DNA from: Tubulanus polymorphus
Lineage: Eukaryota; Animalia; Nemertea
Direction of reading: 5' to 3'
Length of the DNA stretch: 64,000 bases
NCBI RefSeq assembly: GCF_964204645.1
Contig: NC_134028.1
Coordinates: 26,656,345-26,720,344 of the forward strand
Positions 1 through 12,062 of this stretch are shown one piece after another. Positions within the stretch are counted from its first letter, which is position 1; each line of letters starts with the position of its first letter. A program made the position numbers and the translations under genes. The notes under the pieces were generated by a model that worked only from the letters and a program-made list of their open reading frames with translations, had not been told where the DNA came from and did not search any database.

Positions 1-1943
1 ATTTGTTCTATAATTAGTATCTGGTTGAGTACCGTATGGGTTTTGAGTGCGCGCCTGATGCCCGCAAAATCAAGTAATCTCGATCGAAAGGATCGCACGC
101 AATGGGAGTTTCATTCGGTGAGGATGACATCGGGTCGATGACAGCAAACAACATTGAACTGATTGAACCTGGGGTTGATAAACACGATGAAAACACGAGA
201 ATCATTGATCGCGTTCGCGTTACATTAAACAGATAAAGCAAACATTGTGTGTATAGAATCCCGGCTGTGGACAGCTGTTCAAACCCCGGAATGTCATCTG
301 CACCGATTTTACACTCAACCGTCCACAGAATGTTTTTACGTAATTGCCAAATGTGTTACTTCGTTCGAATTCTACCCGGAACCCTCACTGGAATATAACG
401 GGTCCCAGCCGTGACCTATCAATAACTTAAACCCCTAGCGATGTCATCATGGTGAAGGCAGAAAAAAAATTGGCGAAGGCCGGAAAAATAATGAGAATTG
501 AAGATGATTCTACTGGCGGCAAAGTTGATATCATCATTGATCTTAATATTTGATATCAACGTCATCTATTTTTCGTGATGCATATTTCGAGTTATATAAT
601 TAAAGTAAATTGAATTCGCAATAACATATGAATAGGAATGGGTCATGTTTTACATAACTTGCAGATCAAGCTGAATTTTCTAGAGCCATAGCAGGCTGCA
701 TAGATTCATTCACGGGCAGCGACCAATGCCCTTTTAGGCATCCGTATTGAAGTGGAAGAGTGAAGACCCCCCGGTTCCCGTTTAACAAGTTCCAGCGGAC
801 TGATTTATCTAAACTGATTCAGGAATCGACCTAATAATGTCGAAAAGTGACATTCGTGCGTTTTATTTTCTGGAAATCAATGGAATGATAGTCAATTTTC
901 GATGTAATTTCCCTGGCGATTTCTTCCTTGGCCATTTTCCGTTCACGCACTGTCCTGGAGCGAGTTGATATTTCGTCTTGAGTTTTTTTAGGGAACTAAA
1001 TCTTTTAAGGAAATGAAATCTTAATACGTGTGTTGGAAATAAAGATTTGTGTTCTTGTTCATCGGTAAAATTATCTTATAAGAATTTATTTTTTTTCTAA
1101 TTACCATATGACGATTTTCTAGTCGTTTCTTTTTCAATTCTCAAACCAAAAAGCACCATGCATAAAGCAACATGCAATTTTATACCTGGGATATTATCTC
1201 GGAGCCGTTGACGTGACCCGCGCTATCCTCTATTGATCGTGTCATCGACGTAAAACCCATTTCATTCCATAGTAAGGTCGAATCCCTCATTATTCTATTT
1301 CGTACATATTTTTGTAGATTCGGTGATTTAATCGACGATTTGATGGATCTGGCGCAGCGATGAACAAAAGAAACAACTGTATGATTTATTCGCTGCGACA
1401 TGGCGCGAATCCTTTCTTCAAACAAATTCAAACGATTAAAAACGACTGTTATTTTCAAAAAGGCAATTCATAACATAAACATTTTTCAAAATGTATAATC
1501 AATTTTTATTGCCAATTTCGAATGTAGTTTTTTATTACAAAGGATTTTAGAATAGAACGGGAACCGACTACACTTGGTGATAATATCTATTGCACTTATT
1601 GTCCCAGTGCACCATAATAAATTAATGATTCATATAATTGTGATGACATCCTGACACCCGACCGATTACTCATCCAAAAAATAATATCCCACTCAGCTTT
1701 CAATCATTATAGCAATGCTTCAGTGAAGTTTCTATCTCATTATTTGATATCTCGTAGTTGGTAAGGTATCGAGGATGTCATATCATCATCATGAGAATAG
1801 ATGAAGCAAAGTTTATTTCCGTTGAGGTTTCATGACAAAAACACAAACAGGCAACAAAGAAGGCAAACGAATCTCACACCTATAGCATAGCACCAGAATT
1901 AAACATATCTCACGTATCCAAGAATCATGTTAATGTGAATGTC

Positions 1944-2131
1944 TAAAGCGGGGCGATTTTCGTCGCAAGCGACAAAATCGCCGAGAAATCGCCTAGTGTG
2001 CGGTCACTGGCAACCATTGTCGGCCGAAAAATCGTCGCCGGCGACAAGATCGCTCAGTATCTGGCATGCTAGATATTCGGCGACAAGATCGCCGAGGATC
2101 GGCAGCAAATCGCGTAGTGTGCGCCCGGCTT
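1944..2131. mobile_element. Non-autonomous DNA transposon (MITE-like) with internal CGACAAGATCGC repeats
   Basis: Ends TAAAGCGGGG...CCCGGCTTTA form an inverted repeat around a GC-rich interior. An element with similar ends lies at ~60582-60717 (TTAAAGCCCG...CGGGCTTTA). Confidence 0.55.
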
Positions 2132-2326
2132 TACTTACACAAGGGAGCGTAGTTCCCGGTTGACTCACAGTCAGGGTCAGAGAGTCGGGTTAACCAAAGA
2201 CTACGGGTGAGTCGAATATAGTAATGTTTGGCACAATCTCCGCCAGGTGGTGTTATAGAATGAATACCCCTTCACCGCGTGTAGTTCGAAAAGTAGATGT
2301 AGAAATATGTGAAATATATACCCGCC

Positions 2327-5300
2327 TCATGATGAACGCGCCTCGGTTAAGAGATGTTGTATAAACCCTATAAGCGTATCCAATCCTAGTAGAAAACCAG
2401 TATCTGGTCCTTCGTAAACAACTTTCGGATCGGGGAAACCGCTATGCGTCGAATGAGCGAAATCTATCATATAAACTAACACTTCATCGTCGTCGGAGCC
2501 GACCGTTCTAACTTTATCATCATCCTCGGAACCGACCGTCCTTGTATTATCATTTGCGGTAACGGGTTCGTTGTGTTTACCGTAAATAAACAACAGCGAC
2601 GTCGAATAAAATCTAAACGTATCCAAATCAGCGATAACCGCGCGCAATCGTAACAGTTTCGACAGTATTTTATGGACGACGTTTTTTCTAATGATTCCCG
2701 TATCGTCGCTCAGATAGAACTCAATCTCATCGACGAACGTTTCACTCGTCAGTGAACGACCGAAATATTTATTCTTACAAACCGTCTTATCTATATTCTC
2801 TTGATATTTCTATAAAAATAATAGAAACAGAAATAAGTATTTATTATCGTGCGTCAGATATGGCTCCTTAGAAAGTATTTGTTCTACAGACAGTTAGGGA
2901 TGATGCTGTCTTTCATTATGGGGAGGGGTGGGGAGCCTACGTAGGTTCCATTTGGGCCTATCCTACATTAACACCATTGATTTCGAATATAACATGCTTG
3001 GAGCGGCTACAAAACACCCGTTATAGCTGCTTCGCGGCTATATTTTATATTCATTTGTTATTGATTATTCGACAGTGAAGATTTTTTTGGTGTATGCGCC
3101 AACCTTGTTAATGTACGAACAGGATAACTCGAGATTAAGCAACTGGATAGCTGGATAACTTACCATCATCCCGGTAAGTCGTAAACCAAGCGTACATGAC
3201 GTTGTCTTCTGACAAGTTGCGATCTTCTGTTGTCGTTTCTTTAACGATTCTTCGTCGCCATATTGTCGAGTACCGACTTTCAGATCGAGTATACTCGGTT
3301 GTTTTAGTTTACCTACTACATTTTCTAGCAGAATAAATTCTGTTTTGTCTTAAGGATGAATAAGTAGTCGTTGATGGAAAGAAGCTATTAGCATATACGC
3401 TAATAGCTGCGAGGAACTGCAACACCAGCCATCCCACCAGATGGCGTGACGAGCAAGTTTAACGTTGTCAAAATTAGTTCTTTCAACTAAATTCATACTT
3501 CCTCTTTGTAGTGATCCTTGATGATTGATTTCTATTTAAATTTTCATTATATTTTAAGCGAAATATCGAAGAATTTGAAACACGGAAGTAACTACTAGCG
3601 AACCTGGTGGATCCTCACTTGCCATAAGTAGAATCCTGGAACCCCTGAATGTGTAAAAAGGATACTTCTCGGATTGGAAACTTTTCCAGCTTCTTTTAAC
3701 CGGGTAAATTCTCTCATTTGACACCTGGTGCTCCACGGGTTTTTATCACCGGCAGGAATCGTCGCGTCGGCTTCCGATTTCGCTTTTTCTTCGAATTTGC
3801 TGTTTAACTTAAAGCTATTCAAACTGAAAAGATGAAAACACAAAATCATAGGCGAAACAAGAACTCGTAATCCCTGAGAATTAAAATCTATGACATTGAA
3901 GGATCGAATATATACAACAAGAGAATATACTACAGGCCTACTTCGTAGACATGGTGATATACACATTATATCATTACGTACCATTTTTGGTTAAAACTCC
4001 CGAAGTGTTCGGTATCACCGTTCACAGTGTCCCCCGGGTAGGTTATCAAACAAAATTCACCATCATTCATTTGTTCAAACTGAGCATCGATGCAACCTGC
4101 AGTGATGGAAAATTGAACATGTTTTGACGGACGGAACGAGATGTTGTATTTTCATGCGGACTTTGCTCAATGGAGACGTTTGCTGAATTGGCATAATCTT
4201 TGCTGGCGTTCTGATTGCGAACCACACAATTTACCGATTATTGCCAATCAGAACAATCAAGTATTGTCCCTTTGGGTTAGATGAAAATCCTCCATGCACC
4301 CAGCATTTACATGGCCTGCACCAGAAGGAACCTCCCAGCGGCGGAGACAAATCTACTTGCGAACGATTAAGGCTTTCCTATAATCGCGTATCACGTACTA
4401 ACCTCTATAATCACGTATCGCGTACTAACCTCTATAATCACGTATCGCGTACTAACCTCTATAATAACGTATCGCGAACTAACCTCTTTAATCACGTATC
4501 GCGTACTTACCTCTATAATCACGTATCGCGTACTAACCTCTATAATCACGTATCACGTACTAACCTCTATAATCACGTATCGCGTACTAACCTCTATAAT
4601 CACGTATCGCGTACTAACCTCTATAATCGCGTATCGCGTACTAACCTCTATTATCACGTATCGCGTACTAACCTCTATAATCAAGTATCGCGTACTAACC
4701 TCTATAATCACGTATCGCGTACTAACCTCTATAATCACGTATCACGTATTAACCTCTATAATCACGTATCGCGTACTAACCTCTATAATCACGTATCGCG
4801 TACTAACCTTTTTAATCACGTATCACGTACTAACCTCTATAATCGCGTATCGCGTACTAACCTCTATAATCACGTATCACGTACTAACCTCTATAATCAC
4901 GTATCACGTACTAACCTCTATAATCGCGTATCGCGTACTAACCTCTATAATCACGTATCGCGTACTAACCTTTTTAATCACGTATCACGTACTAACCTCT
5001 ATAATCGCGTATCGTGTACTAACCTCTATAATCGCGTATCGCGTACTAACCTCTATTATCACGTATCGCGTACTAACCTCTATAATCACGTATCGCGTAC
5101 TAACCTCTATAATCACGTATCACGTACTAACCTCTATAATCACGTATCGCGTACTAACCTCTATAATCACGTATCGCGTACTAACCTCTTTAATCACGTA
5201 TCGCGTACTAACCTCTATAATCACGTATCGCGTACTAACCTCTATAATCACGTATCACGTACTAACCTCTATAATCACGTATCATGTACTAACCTCTATA

Positions 5301-5729
5301 ATCACGTATCGCGTATTAACCTCTCAAATCACGTATCGCGTATTAACCTCTATAATCGCGTATCACGTACTAACCTCTATAATCACGTATCGCGTACTAA
5401 CCTCTTTAATCACGTATCGCGTACTAACCTCTATAATCACGTATCGCGTACTAACCTCTATAATCACGTATCGCGTACTAACCTCTATAATCACGTATCG
5501 CGTACTAACCTCTATAATCACGTATCGCGTACTAACCTCTATAATCACGTATCACGTACTAACCTCTATAATCGGGGGTGAATTCCTTTAAACAATTCGG
5601 CAGTGATTCATAATAAATAATCTCTCGACCTATCGATGGTCCACTTTTACAAACAGTGTTCGAATCATAAACGTAGATATTCGAATGACCACCGACTTGA
5701 TGCTGAAAGGGTTTCAAACAGACTGGCAT
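2327..5729 (-). CDS. IP6K: Inositol hexakisphosphate kinase (IP6K family), 5 coding exons
   Basis: Exons 5729-5564, 4096-3982, 3823-3666, 3339-3164 and 2809-2327 splice in frame. Family motifs: LKPFQHQVGGH, FTPDYRG, NPWS, KFILLENV..PSILDLKVGTRQYGD (PxxxDxKxG), FRFYSTSLLFIYG (SSLL-like), MIDFAH and YEGPDTGFLLGL. Confidence 0.95.
3340..3665 (-). other. U12-type (minor spliceosome) GT-AG intron of IP6K
   Basis: The 5' end reads GTATCCTTTTT. A branch site TCCTTAAG at 3356-3349 lies close to the terminal CAG, and there is no polypyrimidine tract. Splicing restores ...NPR-K-FILLENV. Confidence 0.9.
4378..5573. repeat. 27-bp minisatellite, ~44 copies, in IP6K intron; the unit contains the exon end plus the splice donor
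   Basis: Unit on + strand is AACCTCTATAATCACGTATCGCGTACT. On the - strand it reads GATTATAGAG|GTTAGTACG, the same as the genuine junction at 5564/5563. Confidence 0.97.
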
Positions 5730-8700
5730 CCTTCCGTTACTGCTGCTGCAAACAAATAAATTCAAGATAATTCACACATTTTACAGATGCAACAGTTCAG
5801 AGTCCTGGGGTAGGCCCGCGTCACAGTTCTGTAAAACAGCTTCTGTAAAACGGCTCAGCAGTTCCGCGGACGGTCTTATTTCTGGTTCCAGCTCGTACTG
5901 TAGGCTATATGTTTGCTAGGTAACACGAAATTTCCAATGATGTACTAATTTAAACAAAAATTCTGCTAGTTCCACCACCGATCACACAACTATATCTGTA
6001 CTTTCATTTCCGATTTCAAAATCAACCCCCTGTTTCGCTCCCGGCAGGTGTGTTGGGTTTGTAAGGGACAACAAATCATAAGAAATCAAACGAAGTCTAC
6101 CAATTAGATAAATAACACGGTCAATCCTTATTTTGTGATCATCGACGTTACATCTGTTAAATACAAAAACGACTTCAATACAACACAATTCATTTCCGTT
6201 TATAGATATATGCAAAGCTATAGAATTAATAACACCTGTTATCATAGCTAGTAGTATTCATATAAGACATAGAAAATAACAATTGAATACGTATCATACG
6301 TTGTAGTTCCCAGGCGGTTTCTTTGGTTGTGTTATATGTAGGTCATGTATCAAAAATCCATTTGTTTCTATCATAAAACTTACCTTATTGAATGATTCAA
6401 CGCATTAGTTCAAATGAAAACGAGATTTTTTTTTATGATACGCGATATGGAGGCCTAGTTCGGAATATTGACCTGGTATTTACTTCCTGTTACTGAACGA
6501 TTATTACTATGTGCAAACTATTACAGAAAAGTTTTTCGATCTTGACAACGTAAAAATCGTTATCTATATATGATTTCCGAGGACGCTCGAACAAACAATA
6601 ACCGACTGACAACGAATCCCGATCGCGACCTTTCCCTTTATTCATTAATAACATGATATAACGTAATGTTTAATATTCTTACCATATTTCCCCACACGCC
6701 ATTGCACGAATCCCCTGTTGACATTACCTGACAAACTGTCGAAACGCCCTGAGCGTAGAATGTTAACTTTTTTTCGAGGGGATTTGCATTCATTAATAAT
6801 TTATCCGAACCGTTTTGAATATTTCACAGATTTCAATGTCATTAGTATTGGATGTATCAAAATTTCTAAATCCGAAAGCAACGCATCAATAAAATGTCTT
6901 TTATTTCAGATGATTTGACAATTCGAACTCGGTATACGCTTTGACCACGCGTATGGGTACGTATTAGGGCACAGATTTCGTTTTCAAGCAGGATATAGCT
7001 ACGCGGACGATTCATACAGGCCTTTGCATGTATACATAATGTAGTGCCTGAAACAAACGCCGTACCGTATATTGTTTATCGCGTCGTTGGTCTATGAACG
7101 ATTAAAATAAAGATCAAACGTATAAAGCTACAAATGGATCGGACTTATTGCTTCATGGACTTCCGGGTATTTCCCAATCATATAGGTTTTTAAGCTAAAA
7201 ATATCAAACAAACACGACCTGATGAGTAATCGTTGCAGTCAAGCTCCTCCAATCGACCTCATCGTCTCAAAACGTTAGATCATTTTCTCAATTTTTAATA
7301 AGGGGCTTCGATTCCTCGCGCCGGTATCCCTTTTAAACGATTGATTTAAATCCGATGAGGCAAATGTTCGTCATAGTTTGCCGTAAAATAAAAAAACATT
7401 TCAAATACGCTAAGTTCAAATTGAACTATTATGATTGTGTATGAATCCAATACTGCAACACATTCAATGAAAACAGAAAGAGTCACAGCTTGAATCGATC
7501 ATCAACAATTCATAAATTCAAGCGCAGTTCTATCGGGAAAGTACTGCAGTGCCTGGAAAATATTCACTTCATATAACTAAATATAAGCTGAACGATGGTC
7601 TTAAAGGCGATCTTGACCAGTTATGTATAAGCCTAAGTATTTTGGAATGACGAAACAGCTTGTGTATAGTTCGATTTTCTTTTTCAATATCTCGTCGCGT
7701 CCCCGGGCGTCATACACTGGTTTTTCGGGTTCGAGGCCGGGTTCGTCTTACGCGGTTTAAACTGGAATGTATTGTATTATGTAACTATATCCGATATATT
7801 GTATATTATTATCACATGACACATTAAAACAAAAACAACTGCACCATGATCCGCCATCACATAATGACGTCACACTAGCGCATAGGTATTGAATTTTCGT
7901 CGGAGGCACTCAGAAGTGACCGAAAGGTACCCGCTGTAAGATCTATCCCTACTTACCTTCTCACTCTATTTCCACGATAGCGACATTTTTATAAAGATGG
8001 TGACGATTGGTAGAAATGGTATCCTTGTATATGTGGCGGGTGCGCGATAGTATCACAGTACTACTATGTGGCGGTAGACGGCTGATAAAATAACACAGCG
8101 CTGTAGTTTCCACGACGAGACCCAGCGAGGCAATCAGATCGATGCTGTCTATAGGCAGTTATAAACACGCCAGTGCGCGCGTCTCTTCAGGCCTAGATAC
8201 GCTGTTCACATTTCTGGGGGGTTGGTTATAGATGGCAAGTCTTTGGGGTTGTGGGATTTGTATGCAGGTAAGGTGGAGAGGTTGGTGACAGGTGCCCGGG
8301 GTTTGACTTTCGTTAAGGAGATGTATGCAGGTGTTAGCTAGGACCAGTCCGGATGGAGGGGAGTGGATTTGGTAATTCAGCCCCAGACGTTTTGAGTACA
8401 ACTCGCTGAATGGACACCACCATTGTTTTGTGGTAGCATGTCCATGGTAGCCCACCCCATCTTTGAAGCGCCCACCCAGTGCACAGTTTTGTACTAGTCA
8501 CTTTGAGTCAACACGATAGAACTGCTCATAGACTTTTCACATTTAAAATGACTATTCATTAGTCGATAGGACCTCAAATCTTATAAACGTGTCAGTGTGT
8601 AACTGGAACCCTGGATAATTATAATTCTTCACAGAACAAACGACACAGAAAACGGGTCAAATAAAATTAATACTCATTTGAGTGAATGGGGACGATTATA

Positions 8701-9207
8701 TATACCTCAATATATCCGTTATTTGTATTATCACATAGAAATCAAGTAAAAAGTTATTAACATACATATAGGGGTTGTAGATAGTTTAGACTACGTATTT
8801 CCAGTCTTGGATATATCATGAAGAGAAACCTATCCTATCAATTTAAACAACTGCTATCGTTTCTTAACGTTTCGTCTTTCAGTTCATTCTAAAAATCTTT
8901 TTTAAATATATAGTAACAACGAAAACAAAAGACAACAACAATTGGGTATTTGAATTCTCATTAATAAAACGACACAAATACCAGACAAAATAGAACAGTA
9001 CGATAAACATGTGTTTCACAGTTGTTCAACGCGATACTGAATATTTCCACTTCACACCTGAAGGATCGTCAGACCAAACGTCGCATCTTTATGAATTTGA
9101 TTCTTAAATAAATTTCGTTTTCAAAAATTTTCAACCAATCGAAATTTTCAAATAAATCATTATTATTTATCGAAATGACTGTAATAATATGAGAGGAGAT
9201 ACATGTT

Positions 9208-10990
9208 TTATATATCATCTTTTTCTAACACTATAGCGGTCGGGCCATTATCTATAAGTCGCGGTATCAGTCCAAAATGTCCGGTGAGTAGTTGCTGTAA
9301 CTGTGTTTGTAACTGTTCGTTGTAGCCGATGTTTATCATCAACGCGACGTCGGTATCGTTGGCTTCAAAGCTTAAACTATGTTTAATCTGATGCAACACG
9401 TGCAAGAAACATTCGCCAACATTATCGCTGTATATATCGATATGAAATCGTACGCCATCTTTTATTTTGACCCTTTCGCTAAAACTTGCGCCGCTGATAC
9501 ACGATATTTCGTTTTTCGAATTATTATTTTTCTTAGTGAACAAAGCATTCTCAAGAACATCGGTGCCGAGTGTTTTGGCCGTTAGTTTGTTCGGGTGGAA
9601 ATTGTAAAGTAGCATTTTATCTTTGAATATATTTTCTAAAATGATCGGATCATAAAGGATATCTCTGCAATGGTTTGAATGTTTCGGAATGATAATTTGC
9701 CACTCGTCATCACCGAGTAGTTTATCCGTAGTAAATTGTAGATTTCCGTTTTTTACGTTTTGAAAGGAAAAAAATCTCTGAAATCAAAAAAAAAAGAATA
9801 TTAATAAAATCATGGCATCTTGCAAGAACTACAACAAAAACTAATTAAATATTTTGGGATTTTATCAAAGCTGATTTGTAATAGGACCTACAGTTAATAG
9901 AATATGACTTCCATTCATGATTTACAGTTCATCAATATTTCCAAATCCAAATTTGTAATTTTGTAATTTTCATCTTAGTTACTAAAGTAAAAATTGTCAT
10001 TTGGGTAAGTCGTCGACATAACGGCCGTATTCAGGTAAGTTTGGATTCCATATTGACAAGTGACTGTTTATAATGCATTTAAAGAAAAACCCACAATCAT
10101 AAAGGAAAACCGAGAGCGTTTCGATTCCAATTCAATGAGTCATTCGTTGTCTTTCAAGGCGTCAATGAACTTTCAAGTATTATTTTTATTCTACAAAAGC
10201 AACTGACCGTCCTCATTAGTATTTTGTAACCGCGGTCTCTCGCATATTTTTCATCTGCAAATGGCGCATGGGCGACTACAAGTCTTCTGTTAACGATGTC
10301 GTATTTTTTGCGAATATCGTCGGAGGCAAAGTCGTACATGATCTTCTGCATACCGAGGCCCTGTAAATGGACGCTAACGCGAACACCCTTTACGATGTAA
10401 CACGTGTTGTTTTTCGATTAGATGGCAAGAAATGAATCCAACTATCTGAAACAAGAATAGATCGTGTGAGAGTCATGTGGAGGATTCACATAGGCGTCCC
10501 CACGGGGTGCGGGGCGGGGGTAGCGGACGCACCCCCTTTTCGAGATTCTTCTCAAGTTATTATGTAATCAATGTTCAAGATTTTTCTTGCCAATTTGACT
10601 AACTAATCTTTTACCTCTAAATGATTCGTTTAGAGTCTGGAAAACGTCTTTAAAGCCTCCAATTTTCAAAAAGTTTTTTCGGGGGAGGCCAACCAAACAC
10701 CAGACATTGTGCTTGGATGCTGGATTGATGCTAATTCGAACCCCCTATGGAAATTCGTGGGGACGCCTATGATTCATACTTTCGGAATAGATCATTATTG
10801 AACTTATGAAGATAATATTTTCATTTACCTTGTTTTCTATCTCGGCAACATAACAATGAATGTTTCTACTGGTTAAGTAGTGATCGATATCGGCCGGAAG
10901 AAAATCCATACCATCGTAGATATTTTCATTTATATTCAGAATTCCCTGTTTATCTGCTATACAAGCGTGTCGCATCTTAACAGCGTCCAT
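9208..10990 (-). CDS. NAT16: GNAT acetyltransferase, NAT16/histidine N-acetyltransferase-like; one extra base in exon 2 (possible pseudogene or assembly error)
   Basis: Exons 10990-10829, 10445-10208 and 9777-9208. N-terminal NIYDGMDFLP resembles the NAT16 DIYGGLDYLP motif, and GVRVSVHLQGLG is the acetyl-CoA-binding motif A. The frame breaks at the A5 run, 10414-10410. Confidence 0.75.
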
Positions 10991-12062
10991 CGTATCGTCA
11001 TCGATATAGGAAAAGTCGACAGTTAATCAGTAGATTATCAAACGTACATTATATGTGATCGGTTGATACTAGAATTTTCCATTGTAAATCATTGGTCAAA
11101 GCTCAATCTAATCAACTGGATAATAAAGGGGGTCATGACTGGTTCAGATAAGATTAAATTCTCCATTATATCAGGGAAGTGTGTCATCACACTTCCCTGA
11201 TTATATCAACCACACAAGTCGAAGCGGCGAGCACGCTTTTGAAGATCAGTTCCATTCCTGCATTTTAAAAGACGTTCAAGCGATGTTTCGTTTATTGTAA
11301 ACAGCAATATGAGGTGAAGTTAAATGAGCGATCTGTAGGCGAAACCCAATATCTAAACGACTCAAAGCAAAATAACAAACAAAAAACGCAGGAAATTTAT
11401 TTAATTTCGTATAATAAATTGACTTTATTCAAAAAGGAGACAAGAGAAAATACATCACTGGATTAAATTAAAAAAGCACCATTTAAATGTTGATCGTTAA
11501 TCATACTCGTAGCCGGTGAATGAGTGCAGCAGCAGGAGGCGGCTAACTCAAACAGGTCATCACATCATTAAATACATCTTGATTAAAAACATTGAGAAAT
11601 GCGACACGTGATTTGCGACCGATTTTGAGTATACTCCTAATTGAGAATTCCCGTTCTGTCACGCATGAAAAAAATGCCTTCATTTTCATTTATTTAATTA
11701 CAATTATTGCTTATCATTAAGTACCTAATACTGATTACATGAAACCTTCATTCGTTATTTCCATTTTTCAATCGAGGATTTTTTAAATCGTGGTTTTTTT
11801 CGTAAAAGCGAATCGTTATAAAATTACAAAAGTGACATACAAAAAATTGACGTTGAATCTAATGCGGGTATCATTAATCTACAGTCTGAACCGACCCCTT
11901 CAGGACATTCAATCCTTCGTGATTTTATCGAAATATTCTTCCAAGATTGATTCGACCAGTCATTTTACAAGCACACTTCCAAAAACGGATGGCCCACAGT
12001 TCACACTGTAAGTAAACGACTGTGAATGAGTTGAAGAGGTGGTTCCAGGCTGTATCAATCTA

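Noticed and set aside
14-1458. Short ORFs at the window start
   Set aside because: No recognisable motifs and no consistent splice pattern.
4378-5573. CRISPR-like appearance of this and the other regular arrays (53.6 kb, 58.1 kb)
   Set aside because: Units are head-to-tail with no unique spacers, there are no cas genes and the context is eukaryotic.
4241-5581. 446-aa ORF of NHVSRTNLY repeats on the + strand
   Set aside because: It starts at TTG, is antisense to an IP6K intron and is open only because the 27-bp unit lacks a stop in that frame. The unit is explained by the IP6K splice junction.
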